A stretch of 64,000 bases of DNA from the human T2T-CHM13v2.0 reference genome, Homo sapiens: NCBI RefSeq assembly GCF_009914755.1, contig NC_060927.1; one strand, given 5' to 3'. Under the pieces are notes generated by a model. That model saw only the letters and a program-made list of their open reading frames with translations, was not told where the DNA came from and did no database searches. Of this stretch, positions 13,417 through 30,000 are shown piece by piece. A program made the translations under genes and the position numbers. How positions within the stretch are numbered: position 1 is the stretch's first letter; each line of letters begins with the position of its first letter.

Positions 13417-14390
13417 CTGCAAGACAAAGACCTCCTAAGGTTATGACTGAAAACAAATATTGTCTTCTTTATTACTCTGTTCTAAAGTTAAACTCCAAAA
13501 GAGGGAACAATCCAGGAATATGCTAACATGGTTACCAATTTAGTAGGATCAATACTTTTCTTCTCTAATTATTTAGTCATTTCAACTTTGCTAGGAAGCG
13601 TTCTAAAAACCACAAGCTCTCCTCCAGTATTTCTTCCAATTAAAGACATATTACTTATCTTTTACAAATCAAGGCACGCAGCATTTTACTAGCTTGGCTT
13701 GTGCCCATCTTTCCCCCTCAGAAGACCATTCTCTACTTTTCTGTCTCCCATTATGCCCACCATTAATTTAATACAGTAACAAAATCACAAGGAGTATTCC
13801 CCAGCAGTTAAAAAAACAAAAAATTGAGTGGCTCTTGACTAACTAGAGTGACTCTAAATTGTCATCGAAACGAGGACACACATTTAAGAAAAGGGGTGCT
13901 GTTAATTATGCCTGACCACAGGCATAAATGGTATCGCCCCAGGCAAACCAGGATGTATATATAGCCTACTTTTGACCAACATTAAAAAAAAAAAAGCGCA
14001 CCATATATATACTTATTTATCAAGAATTCTAATTACTGAAAGCCAATGTTCTGCAGTATATTTGCCATACTAGTAAGCAGTTTACTTACATTTAGTAAAT
14101 CCTCACAACAACCCTGAAGAACTGGTACTGTATTACTAATTTGCCTTTTATAAAGAAGCTAAAGCTGAAAGGTTAATCTGCCCAAACCAGCAAAAATAGA
14201 AAACCCTGACTCCAAAAGCCCAGGCTCTTAACCGCTTTTAGTCTTGCCTCCCAGAACTTAAGTTCACTTCTAGTACCAATATTTAATAGGCCAACAAATA
14301 ATCTAACCCTCTCTACCTTCCTGGTTTACAAAACACGCACCAATTTCAGAGCTAAGAGTAACGAGGAAATCTCAAGACAGTCTTTCTTAC

Positions 14391-14524
14391 CTAGATTCAG
14401 ATCGGGACCTGGACTTTGATCTGGAACGCCTGGAATCTTCCTTGGAGCGAGACCTTGCAGGGGTATGCCTTGCAGATTTCCCCGATCCGTGAGCACTTCC
14501 ACTTCTGGAAGCAGAACGGGATTC
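14391..14524 (-). CDS. TRA2B: TRA2B coding exon, 134 nt ([17 protein letters not shown]...; RS1 domain)
   Basis: TAG|GAATCC acceptor and AG|GTAAGA donor; frame continuous with exon 1. Confidence 0.96.
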
Positions 14525-17500
14525 CTACACGTAGATGTTAAAAGTTTAATTTGCACACTTTCTGGGCAACTTTAAAAACAAATAAGCTGCTGTGAGATAA
14601 ATGGTGAGGGACAGCAATCCCCTTCCAAGATAAGAAAATATAGGTAAGGGCAGGAACTGAATATACCTGGTGTTAATAGTTTCATTGCTCCAAATGACAT
14701 AAGTCAATTAACTTGTCCTTTCTTCCACCTTTTTGGAGCAGGGATAAGAGTTATTTGACCCCACTTCCTTCAGAAAGGGGTGCCAAAGTCAAGCAGTTAA
14801 GGGAACTGTCCAAGGACTGTGTTTCAGAATGTTACTCCATAAAGACTAGGGTGAGGCGGAACCTTATTAACTATGACACCTATACTTTATACCTATTTCA
14901 ATCAAGTTGCAATCAATAAAACAAAATCCTATATAATTTATATAATTTACTTAAAAAAATGCTTGATTTTTAAAAAGACCTTGACCTTTCAAGTTACTAC
15001 TTATAATTCAGTGATAAGAGATAAAGATGATGATCTCAGTTTCAAATCCTAGAGAAAAGCAGAAACCTAGTGGAAAGCAAAGGCTAGCTTGAAGGACACT
15101 AAACCCTGTAAAACCCTATTGCATCTAACCATGGTGGGAGGCCCCCTAAAAAACTGAAAGCAACCAGATGGAGCTACAACAGAACAGCGAACTACACACA
15201 AATAAGAGTAGAGAGGGTGTCAGAGATCCTCCACAGCTTCTCCAGCTAAATGGAGATGAGCCAGGGCAAACTTATGGAAAACCAGGAATTAACCTAACTT
15301 ACCTAGTTACTTAAGTACACATCAAAACCAGGCAGCTAAATCAGGAGCTCCTAACCTAGGGCCCAGGAAGCAAAAGAGTACAGAAACTACATACAAAAGC
15401 CAAAGTTTAGGTAAACATTGTGTACTCATAGCTTTCCCAACCAAAACTGGGATTGGCTGGCAGGTTAAGGGGGGATTTGTAATGAAAAATAGCAAAGGAA
15501 TGGTAACCAGGATAACTAGGTCACCAACGAGCTAAAGACACATAATCAACAAAAGGGTATACTAAGTAATGAAACCAAGGAAAAGTTCTGCCAAGGCACC
15601 AAAACAGTAGATGAGGAAAGGACAGAACCTACTCCTAGTCAGTCTGATAGCTAGGTAAAATTATCAAGGCAACCTTTATTTTAGGTTATCAAACTTAGAC
15701 AAAGTAAAGCCTGGTAAGCCTTTCTACTCCAGAGAGCAGAAATGGCAAGACTCAAAAGGAAGCAGTATTACAGTAAGTCACTATATGGCATGAATCAAAG
15801 GTGAAGCTTTCAGATAAAATCACAAGAGATTTCCTTGTGTGATACATCTTCAGAGTATTCTGGACATTCTTGAAAGGACAGTAGAGGATTATTCTAAATT
15901 ACAGCTCAAAACACTTTAGAAGATAGTTTTGTGGTTTACAACATAATGGAGAAAATTTGGATGATCCTTTGATGCTCAGGGAAAACATTTATAATGTAAC
16001 ACAGAATAGACAAATTAAGGTTTGAGGTTTAACACAGAAGGAAAGGCTAACTCATCCAGTAAAATGAGTTCAGGTCTCTAGGCCCCAGACGACTCTAGAA
16101 ACGTTCAAATGACTTCAAAGCCATTATAAAACATGGTGGGGTGACATGAAATGTGACAGCCTTTCCCCTCTACCTCCCTCCATGACTGACTGTAAAAAGA
16201 TTAAAAGAAAAATATATGAACAGCTGCCTTTAACATCAAGAAATGGTTAAAGGATGTAGTGATGCTCTGGGGCTTCCAATTAACAACAATCCCTTGGAAT
16301 TCCCTATCAAGTATTCTGAACGGACACTTCCCTTCTCTCCATGGACAAAGGAGGAAGTCTCAAAAATGAGGGTGTAGTTTTTGCTATTTTTACCACAGGC
16401 AAAAATTAACATAGGTGAGAATATAGAAATGGGGAACCCAAAAGTTGCTAAAAGCCTGTTTACTCCAACACTAGAAAGATTACCTCTATGGAAATGAAAC
16501 AATTTTCTCCAGAAGTGAAAGCAGAATATGGGTGTTTCACAGTAACAGTTAAGACTACCAATAAAGTAACTGTAGTTAACAGAAATCAGTCAGCCCAGGA
16601 ATCTGAGTATAAAGGAAGAATGGGTCAAGTCAAGATCCTCTTTAAGCTCCTGGCTTTAACAGAAAAACCTTTATTCTAAGCTAAGATGCTTCGGCAGCCT
16701 GTCCACTGAGGGAAGAGACAGTACTCCTAACCTAGAAAATAAGACTTAATGAAGTTTTCTCCTTAAAATCTAGCAGATCACAGATACAATATTTCTGAAA
16801 TCACAGGAGTTTTCACTCAGCCTCCAAAACTAACGGACTATGCAGATATATTTTGTAAGCAATCATTTCTTGGGCCAGGAATAAGGGAAATACCAGAATG
16901 CAAAGGCTTCCTTTTCTATACTGACACTTGTTTGGGTAACACCTAAACGTCTCGATCCTTTATCAGGGATATTTTCTTAAAGAAGTTAAAGCTTTCTGAA
17001 GTTATTTTGGCCATTTAACTGGCTGGGAAATACATATGGCAAGGGAATAAAACTTGCCTACAAGAAATAAGACCTAAAATTAGCACCCAAATCAAAAGCA
17101 TAATTAACTTTAAATCTCAATGCAGACAGGTAAAGCTATAAAAACCAGTTGGGGAAGTCCCTAAATCTAAGCATACTTCAAATTCCACTCTCAGGGCTGA
17201 CATGGTCAACACATTAAAACCACACCAACAGACAGAACTGGACACCACTGCCTCAAAAAAAGGGACCATGAAACTAAAATTAGCATGAATAAAACCAAAA
17301 TTTCCCTGAAAAAATGCTCAGGAAATCAATCAAGCTCTCACAGACTGGATCTCAGCCACATCCTAATACAAAACCTAAAGGGAATACATCAAGTAAAAAT
17401 ACAACACACTTAGCCTTCCAACAAAATAATCCACATCTCCCTATTCTGAGAACAGCAACCACCTTACAAAAACATATTTGAAAGGACTAACCATCCAATC

Positions 17501-19366
17501 CCTGTATTATTTTAAAAACTGAATGTGGTTTGTTAGATTTAAAATAGTGGCTCATAAACACTGCATCTCTTAAAACACTGTTTATCATACTAGTTAAGTC
17601 TGACTTACTTGACTTAGTCAACCTCAGAAGTTACATGCTTCCTACTCATTTTTTTCCCTTGGCAAAGGTTATCTTCCTGAAACACTGTCATCCCCTTCCT
17701 TGTTTTGACTCCCCTTAGCATTAATCAGACCTCTGATTAAGGCAGTCTTTCACACACTGCCTGTTCTCAGGAACAGAAGCCGGCCTCCTCCTCATCTTCC
17801 CTATGGCCCGAGGAGGAGACACATTAGGACCCACAGATGCTTTGGTCAAGGGGGAAAACAAAAACAAATGGACACAATGGTCCACTAGCAACGTTTTCTC
17901 ACCTTAAGTCTATCCAGCTTGGGTCATAACCAGATTCCAAATTGCTTTCTTTCCTTTAGTGGGCTGGGGGTTAAGAGGTCTTTTCCTCTTTTGCACCCCA
18001 AGGACCTGTCAGGTTTCTTGATAAAAGAATCCATGGGCTTGGAATTAAAATGTAATATTCATTCACACATTTACCTCAGTTTCCTGCCTGCTCTTTGAGT
18101 AATTTGGAACATAAAATAACATTTATCATCATTAGTTTATCTATGGCAAGAAATTTGACAAAGGAATGCAAAACTTCTTAAGAGAAAATTTTCTTCTGCT
18201 TGCAAGATATAGAAATAAACAGGCCTGAAAGCATCAGAAAATGGATTCTCCAAGAAATGCCATTTAAGTCACTTTCTCCAAGAGCATGAAGACCTGACAA
18301 CTCTCAGAGAAAGTTTATTTCAGGAAGACATGTGTGACATGATACCCTTGGCATTCTCAACTGGGTAGAAAACCGCTGGCTGACTACTACTGGGTATTAT
18401 TTTTGATATGTGTACTTGTCTCATTCAACTGAAAGTAACATTACACCAATCACTTGACCCTTCTACTCAGCTAAAACAAAACACACAGAAAAGAAGGGAC
18501 AGCTTTTGGGTTGAATTTCTCAATAAGTGCAAGGGATACCAGGTAACCAGAATAAAGCTACTTTGTAACCGTTACCTCTAACATTACAATAGCTAAATGT
18601 TGATAGCAAAAAAGGAGAAATAGGAATGAAAGCATCTGCCATTACTGCAATTTGTATTAGCTATCCTGTTCACTTGTGTGACCCACCTCTTCTAAGGGGA
18701 AGCTACGGTATTTTATCAGTAATCCTAGTCAATCAGCTGAAATAGGCATTAAACAGAAACAGAATTTGAAAAACCATCCCTGTGTATTTAGCAAATATGC
18801 ATCTTAAATTTAGGGCCCAAATGCTCACAGATTTCCACTAGTGCCATATGGAAAAAACTAACACACTAATGCCAAAGGGAACTATTTTGTTCAATGCTTT
18901 GTTTGGATTTTGGGGGTTTGGTTCCATAACCATCCTGGTGACATTCCTTTGAAAATGGTTTAACAGAAAATATTCTACTATACATTGCTCAGTACTGAAG
19001 GAAAGGGGACAGTGCAATCTAAGAGTCCAGGGAGGTGGCAAAGACCACCAGTTCCAACCCTGGAGGTATTCGCTCATGCCCCAGGACCAGCAACATTAGA
19101 CAGGTAAAGTTTATCTAGAGAGGACAACATGAAGCCCACTGTTACCCATGCTGGAGAGCTCACTGCTGCCTGGTGCTTGACTACTAAATATTTTTTAAAA
19201 ATTGCATTTCAATCATTTAACTAAGCAGTTAAAATCAGAATTACCTAATTTAAACGTTTCCCCTGGAAGGCACTTCTTTACCCTGTATATATTTTCCTCT
19301 ATTAAACAAATAATGCATGCATGTTTAGCAAAATATACAGGGACACATAAACAGACTAGTAATTAC

Positions 19367-19642
19367 TTAGCGTAGTGCTTTCTGATTCCAGATTACTTCT
19401 TATCTTAACTTCATTTTTATTTCTTTTCTTCATTCTTCCGTTTCAAATTCTGACTTCTTTCATCTTCCCCACTTCACACAAATTGCTCAATATTCTACAA
19501 GTGGGACTTCTGGTCTGATAATTAGCATGCATTCTTTCTTTTATTTTTTCAAATTTCAGCTTCACTTATTCCTGAGCTTCAAATACTCATTTATAAAACT
19601 TGTCAAATGACGACTTCCGCATTTTCCTTCTTCAACATTAAC
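19367..19642 (-). other. TRA2B: TRA2B poison exon (exon 2, 276 nt, NMD-inducing cassette)
   Basis: Acceptor TTAAG|GTTAAT and donor CTAA|GTAATT; in-frame TGA at 19564-19562; dense AGAA/GAA motifs. Confidence 0.93.
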
Positions 19643-22600
19643 CTTAATAGAAAAAGAACAGGATGAAGAATATTTTAAAACTCCAGGATAAAATCCAGTG
19701 CCAAAACTGAAACTAGAAAAAAAAAATCCCTTTGTTGATTTGGATTAAAAAAAAAAAAAAAGAAACTAGAATATGCAGCTCAAAAAACTGAAAACTACAT
19801 AGTTTTCTGCTGGTTCTAGAATATATGGTAATCTCATTTCTCTACTCCAAATAGACTTATCATGCTTAAGTTGAATGTGAAGTGCGCCACTGAACATTTA
19901 CTGTTCATTTAACATTTTAAGAACTATTAGTTACATTTCACACTTCTTATTATATTCAATAGAAAATAGGTTAAGTGTCAAAAGCACACCTCTAGTCAAA
20001 AAGTGACACATTAATACATAAGTGCATGAAAGGAAAGCACGGACAATTCATTTGTACAATGACAAACGCTCAGGGTTGAAGAGGTTTACAGTATTGTGAC
20101 TTGTCTAGATAGGATAAAGAAACGTATTTAGCGTCACACATTTTTGTACTGTATTTAAAGAGCTCTGCAGAAAGACGGTGTCAGGGAACCTGACAATTTG
20201 GAGCTTAAGTGTAACCCACCCCCTGGAAAAGCTGCTCTAGTGAGATTTTATAGTATGAATCATAAAAAGACAAAATCAAGTCAACCACCTACAATATGCC
20301 AGTAGCTATGAAGGAAAGCAGAACAAACTTGAATCCAACACTGGTATTTTCAAAGAGTTTTGTTGTACATTTTCCCCCTCAATTTAGAAAATATTAAGTC
20401 TTCTGGATGTCCAAAGGAGAAATACTACTTTAAAAGGTGGCACTATTTAAATTACAGCTCACCTCCTCAAATAATTAAAAAGATTGAATTTAGTTGATCT
20501 GTAAATGTCTGTTGAACATACTAAACAAAATAAAATACTGCCTACATAAAACATGCTAGTTTTTCTTGTTATCCTACATTTCACTTTGATGATCTTTCAT
20601 TTTATTGTCAATTACTTCCTCTCCTGGTTTTTCCTCCTGAAAAAAATGTAAGGCTTTGTTTAAAAAAATTGCAAGTCTTTATACCTATCTGGGCATAAAG
20701 ACAACCATCGTTAATCTGGCAAGTGCTGTGATGTCTTTCCTAACAAAAGGATAATTTCCAGTCTAGTTTTAGAGTCAATTATTGTTTATTTAATCCGAAA
20801 ATTTTTAAATATGTTTTTATTTAAGGGAGTTACAGTAATTGGCTTTCTTTAAATCTCCATCACTAAAATGCAATGGGAAATGTTTTCTGGCAGCACAAAT
20901 GTAATCATGGAATCAGAATGCCCAAGCAGGTTTCCTTAGGGCCTCCTAAAACTTCGATACAGACAGGGCACTTAGATGCAGAAGATACAAGAATAGAGGC
21001 CATAGCTCTAGCTATCACAACTGTTTTCAATGTGGATACCTTCCTGCTGTTACTTCATTACCCCTTCCTAACCTGGTTCCTTCTCTTATAGTCTAAGAAC
21101 AAAACCATTACTAAATTATTATAAATATTAGATTTAATTCAACTCAGCTAAGTTCAAGTGGCTACTTTATAAAACCAGAAGATCAACTCTTGGGCTAATG
21201 TTATGTACATTTAGTTAAGAGACCCTAGTTAGAAATAAACAGAAACTTGTCCTATCAACACAATTTTTGTTAAAATGTTTCTAGGGGATACAACTAGAAT
21301 CCATTTAACATTAAACATGCACAAACTCATTAAGTTGACTGACAAGGCAATATTTTAAAAATTGGGAGGGACAGGGGCAAAGAAAACCTCATTAATCCTG
21401 TTATGGAAAGGTCAATGCTCATATCAATATAATAAGGACTATATTTTTTTCTGGCAGCCAAACTGTCTACCAGAAGAGTAAATGGATAAGTAAATCCTCA
21501 AAAACTGGAGAATAGTGTCTGGAAAAAAACATCATCTGAAATTAGTTGTAGGCCTGTGCTTATAAAAACTCTCTTGTAAATATAGCACAGACTTAAATTT
21601 ACATTCATAAAACAGTCAGTACTCCCCAACAAAAGCAAATATAAATATCTTTTGACTTTTCAGAAGACTACCTTTTAACCTAATTTCTAACCACAAAAAT
21701 TAGAGAAAAAGGGGCCCCTTATCCAAACTGTCAGGTAACAATCTATGTTGATAACATCAATCTCAATGTAACCTCCAAAACCCAATTCAAAGCAAAGATT
21801 TTGGGGGAATTTCAAGACTGTAATTTGCTACAGTGAAGAACTTCTTTTGGTTTGCAGTTTAAAAACAAGACTAAGTGATTTCAATATCTAATTCTACATA
21901 GCCCACACCCCCAATACTAACCTGGGTCAAAACACTTAAAATTCCTAAACATCAGTCACCATGCCTTGTTAAAAAAACAGTCGCATATGTAAAAACACTG
22001 ATCAACATAAAATGCTAAGGCTCAAGAAATATACACAGCTGTAGCTCTGCCCTTGTCCTGGGCAAAATAGCTATGAAAGCATTAATATTTACCACCTACG
22101 TTCGGATTTTATTGTAGAGAAAGGAGGAAAAAACGCTATGTAAGGCAAATCCCATTAACACTTCCCCCACCACCTGAATTCCTTTTCAACCTTTTGGCAA
22201 AACCAGTAGTACTTACCTTATAAAATCACCTGTAATGTCAGCTTGAAAATGTCACGTTCTAGTTCCAGACAATATCCACAATATTAAAGCATTCTTGTTT
22301 AAAACCAAGAAAAAAATATTTCAACCGGGTTTCAAGAGACTGATAAACCTAACCAGACTCACAATACAAAACAATTTCCTCCTATTTGACAATTCAATCC
22401 TTTTTTAAAGGAAATTTGGTGAGATGGCTGCAATTCTTTAGAAAGAAGTAGATTCAGAGATGTTTCAGTTTTGAAAATTAGAATTTAGAGTTTAGGAGCT
22501 AAAACCAAGGAATATAAAAAGACATCCCAAGATTCAGCAGAAGATGAGAAAAACTGCAGAATTTGAAAAGCAGTTTGATGGGTTGGTGTCCAGATGCTGC

Positions 22601-25049
22601 TATTCATCTCTAATGATAAAGATTACGTGCCTATGTTGCAATCACATCGGCTTTACAAAAATAATAGCCAGTATTCTATCAGAGTATCTGCTGGGTCAAA
22701 ACATTTTCTTTAACATCTGGTCCATACATCAGTGTCTCCTTAGTTTCTGGATTCCTTTAGTAAAGACTCACTCGTAGAAACTCATTACAATATTGAGAGG
22801 CTCAGAACATTACACTGCGTGCAAGACCAACATACAAATCTCACACAACCTATACGCTGTGACCATTATTGGGCTCTAAAGATTACCCTGCACTTCATCA
22901 ACTTTTTATTCAACTTCTTGTAATTGTGACTTAAAGGCCAGGAGTGCCTCTTTTTACAAAGAAATGGTGCTAGTCAACCCCTTTACAAAATGCAAGCAAT
23001 TTTGGGGGAAGAGTCTTGAATCCGGAGATGAAAACGAGATCTTACTTTTGAAAGTGGTTTGGCCAGATCAGGTTAAGCCTGCTAATTAGACCCCTATAGA
23101 CAGATTTTAGTGTTAATCTATTACCTTTGAGAGGGGGGAAAAAATAAATCCCACAGACCAACGAGGGATGAGGGACACACCAGTTCTTTAAATGTCATTA
23201 TATTCACCCAAATGTATTCTATTGAGTGATCAAACTGAGAATAATTTATCCCACACACCCAACCTTAAAGGGGAGGGACACAACAACAAACTCCTACAGT
23301 CACTGGAAAAGGTGGGGCACAGAGGGGTGGGGTTGTCTGGATTAGAGACAGATAAATAAGGGAGAATTCCACTGATTTGAAGAGATTAGTGATTTACATT
23401 AAGACCCAGTTCAGAAGCCTGGAGTTGAATAACACTCATTTTTCTGGCTCCAGAGAAGCATCATTTACACCACAGGCATGTCTAAGATCAAGCTGTTCCA
23501 TTGAGCTTTATGGTTTTCCCAAGCTTGCTTTGGAAGCCTAGACACGTGTTTGATTCAGGTGTATTCCAACCCTTAAAGGTTCCAATTGGAACACAAACAC
23601 GCAAACACCAAACACAACAATATGGAAGTATTTCACAACGTAAAAGTTTAGAGATCTCGGCCAGAAAGCGAAGACTCTTATGTAAGAAAAAAAACTCAAT
23701 TTTTAACACATTAAGTTAACCTCCCTCTACAATTCAAAGATTGCGAAAAACACAGTGTACTTTTACTAGTAAAAAGATAACCCATCAGAAAATTTCAAAT
23801 TTCTCTTGAGCCGAGTCTCAAACTGGAACCTAGTTTCAATTGTTTCCCTTCTCACGTAAAATATACTAATGAACTCTGGGCAATTTTCCATTCTCAAGCA
23901 TTCTTCACGTGTATTCAATCGAGAGCTCTAGTCAGAAGCCAGTCATTTAGTATTTTTGAAGAGTAGAAAGGTACCCAATAATTGAATTTTTCTGTTTAAT
24001 AACAAAAGACTTTAAAATCGCTTACTTTGCAGTCCAAACACCAATGACTGTTATAACAGATTCAACTGCCAATGATCAGAAGTCACGACTTTTTAACAAC
24101 TTTTGAGCTCAATCCCAACTTTCTTACCCAAGAAAGCAAGAACTTAAAAAAAAATCTAAAACACTCGTGACATTGGAGTCAATCGGCTTCGGGAAAAACA
24201 TCAAAAACTAAAAACTCTATGCTCATCCGAGTATGTAAACGCAAGGCTTGATTAGTTCAAACCAAATTAAGCAGTTTGGGCTCCAAAATTACGCAGGAAA
24301 CTCACGCTTCATCACTGAAAATTTCTTCCTAAAATACTCTGAGGAATCATATAAAATCTTAATCAAAAGTTTGCTAAGACATTTAATAGTCTTATTTACC
24401 TGATAAATCATATTCAGATCTTAAGGTAGCTTTACCAACAAGGGGAAACTTAGGTAACAAATTGTTTTTTTTTTTTTAAAAAAGCACAAATTATTCCCAC
24501 AGCCTCAAAAATCAATTTCTATGGTGCTTTTCTATCACCCTTCTAACAGATTCCTCTTAATTCTAGCAAGCCTCGTATGTTCGCATCATTCAATGCTTTC
24601 CGAATCCAATACCCAGAGCCCCACAGACCAGCTACGTATGCTGTTTAAACCCTAGAACTGTCTTGTTCCCGCAATTCAATCAACCCTCACTGAACACCTT
24701 TAAGAGGTGGAAACTTAAGGGAAAGAAAACTGTAGCCAACACACGCTGTGGTTCTAAGTATTAGAACGCCTCAAAACAAAGGAAATAACGGCGCCGTAAA
24801 TGGTTGCCCGCCAATTTCTCCTTCACAATCCCGTGGAAATGCGATGTCCACAAAATCATCTTAACGACTTTGTGGTCTGTCCTAATAGAATACTGATACA
24901 GATTTTTGCCTGGGAAGCCCTTTCGGCATCAGAGAAAAGCGCTTCATTTAGGCCAAACACAAAGCCCTCACGCAATCCCCTCCACCTAACGGGCCCAGAA
25001 CTTAGTCGGCCTTGGATTAGTTTCCATCTTAAGAGGCCCCAAAGACATC

Positions 25050-26060
25050 CCAGACTCCGTCCTTTCCGTGGAGGCAAAGACGGTCCTTCGTTAACCTAAA
25101 CACCGGCCCAAAGACCCAAAAGAACGTCGTCTGTCCCCTTGCACCCCACCACGCGGCCTTACGAAGCGCGGCCCGCTGCGGGTCGGGTCCGCGTTGCCGC
25201 GCGGCTTCTCCGCCATTTTGTGCCTCTGGCAGCTCGCCCAGCCCGCCAGCCCAAGATGGCTGCGGCGGACCTTCGCAGGAGAGCAACGCCGAAATAAGAT
25301 ATCGCTCCCCTCCCCCAACACCGCGGGGACGCAGCGGCCATTTTCATCTTCCCCCTCTTATAACGGGAAAAACGGCCGTCTCGGGCAGAAGCCACATAAA
25401 CCCGCCGGGGGCCTCCCTCCTTCACGACCAAAGGCACTAAGGCACTATCCACAAAGGCTTTTTTTGGTTAAATGCTGTCTCCCTTGCCTGCCCTCCCGGC
25501 TTCAGACTTCGGAGCCTAAAACGCCCCTGCCTCCTGGCCCGAGGCCGACGGGCCTAGAAAAAGATGCAAGGAGCTAGGACCACACAGCCACCCCCTACCG
25601 CAGCTCTACGTACCCGCTCGCCGTAGTTCTGCTCGCCGCTGTCGCTCATGACTCCTGGCTGCTGTCGCCGGTCGATGTGCTTCAATCGAAGCTGCCAACC
25701 TCTTGCACCTTCCTTAAGGAGGCTCCGCCGCAGCCCCGCACGACGCGCCGGTCGCCCAGCCGCTCAGAGCCGAAATGCTCCGCACCGCCTCCGCACGGGC
25801 TCTAACTCTACCGGATGTGACGCGGCGCTCCTTAGCCAGGCTCCTCCCCTCCCAGAAACGCGCGCTTTCTTGGCCTCGCCCCTCCTCGCTCTGCCTTTCC
25901 TCTCCAGCTGCAGCGCGTCCCGCACAGGAAGTGACGTGACCCCGCCCCTCGCAGGGCCCCACCCCCATTCACGAGCCTCTATGAGGCGGGAAAGCTAGCG
26001 TGTCGTTTGGCTGCTGTAGTGGGCGCCACGGAGCCACAGTGATGTCACCAGCCACTTCTG
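25050..26060. promoter_or_regulatory. TRA2B: CpG island / TRA2B promoter, 5' UTR and start of intron 1
   Basis: High GC and CpG density around exon 1; GC box 25941-25948; ETS-CRE motifs at 25811 and 25925; YY1-like motifs at 25210, 25253, 25334. Confidence 0.9.
25614..25649 (-). CDS. TRA2B: TRA2B exon 1, coding part (MSDSGEQNYGER)
   Basis: ATG at 25649-25647 in a CpG island; 36 nt followed by donor GTACGT; matches the Tra2-beta N-terminus. Confidence 0.97.
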
Positions 26061-26282
26061 AATCCCTTCTAGAACTTTCCAGGGAACCTGCCGAGTGTGC
26101 AGGGAGGAAGGAGATGCTGTTTCCCCCAATCTCAATTCCTTTCTCCGCCTTATTAGTTTCTTGTTTTGTGTCTTTCCTTTGTTAGAGAAGTGAATGTTCG
26201 TACATTGGGTTCTTACTTAATTTTGTCTTACTTGTAGATATTTCCTTCCTGAATACGTCTTCATTTAAAAAAGGTCAGATCG

Positions 26283-26928
<646 letters not shown>

Positions 26929-27081
26929 TCAGACACAATCTCTATTCTAAAGTTACAAAGTAATGTGCTAGAACCGTTAAACACAATTAGAAAAAATGAT
27001 TGTAAGTGCCAGAGGCATGTATAACTACAGGGGTGTCACAAGGAGGGAAGATTAATTCTGCCATTTCGTAAGAGAATATAG

Positions 27082-27412
<331 letters not shown>

Positions 27413-27644
27413 AACCCCCAAGTCGGATACTTAATTCCTCTACACTTCAGTCTCCCCATCCATTGAAAAGGTGGTACCTGGCTGATGAGGCACTTTGATA
27501 CTGGTAAAGGGTCATTTGATTTTTTTTTTTTTTTTTTGAGACAGGGTCTCTCTGGCTCTGTCGTGCAGGCTGGAGTGCGGTGGCTCATTGCACCTCCCAG
27601 TCTCAAGTGTTCCTCCTGCCTCAGCCCCATATCCCCAACTCCTG

Positions 27645-28830
<1,186 letters not shown>

Positions 28831-29113
28831 GCTTGCAATTTGGCTCTTGTTTGGTAAAATAGTCATCCAGAACAGAATCAATATTTGAGGTACCTGAGAT
28901 CCAGAGATTTGGTGATGACTCAAGTGTCAAGTGACTAAATAACTTCTGAATGAGCTGTCCCCTTTTTCTGAGAACACCTGTACTCCCAACACACACCTAA
29001 ACCTGGACTCCTACTCAGATCTCTGGCCTTATCTTACTTTTTGGCTTAGATTAGATCTCTTGTTTATACATTCTTATGGCACCCCTTGACATTCATATTA
29101 CTCACAACTATAA

Positions 29114-29465
<352 letters not shown>

Positions 29466-30000
29466 TATTTGCATTATTATTTCTGTGAATATAGTTTTTA
29501 TGTCTGTCTTCCACACTAGATAATAAGTTCCTTAAGGGCAGGGCCAGTGCCTCTTTTGACCACTGCCTTATACGTAGTGCTTGGCACACAGTAAGCCTTT
29601 AGTAGTACTTGTTGAGTGATTAAAAGAAAGCAACGTATGAATTTAGAATTGATTGGGTAGGCATCAGGGTGCCTTTAGAGGTCCCTGAGCAGGAGACTAA
29701 CTTGCTAAAAGTAGGCAAGATTGTCCTGGCAAAGATAGGAAGGTCAGGCTGCAGGTCTTGTGTCATTCATGTCTGTGTCTCCAGCATCTAGCGCAGGGCC
29801 ATGCTGTTGAATGAGTGGCCATGTGGGATATGGATCCAGTACTGTAAATATGAGGCAGTGAGGATTAGATTCCCAAGGCAGCAAGAATGAGGACTAAGCA
29901 GGGAGTAGGGAGACTATGAAAGGGTGGGCTTGACTGGCCAATGTGATAGGAATATGGGGAAAGGGATAGTCAGAAATGACTGTAAAAACCTTGAGCCCTA

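Noticed and set aside
17596-17621. Adjacent short palindromes AAGTCTGACTT and TTGACTTAGTCAA
   Set aside because: Arms of 5-6 bp are within chance expectation in AT-rich intron
24800-26185. Several overlapping ORFs around the TRA2B promoter
   Set aside because: Expected from stop-codon depletion in a GC-rich CpG island
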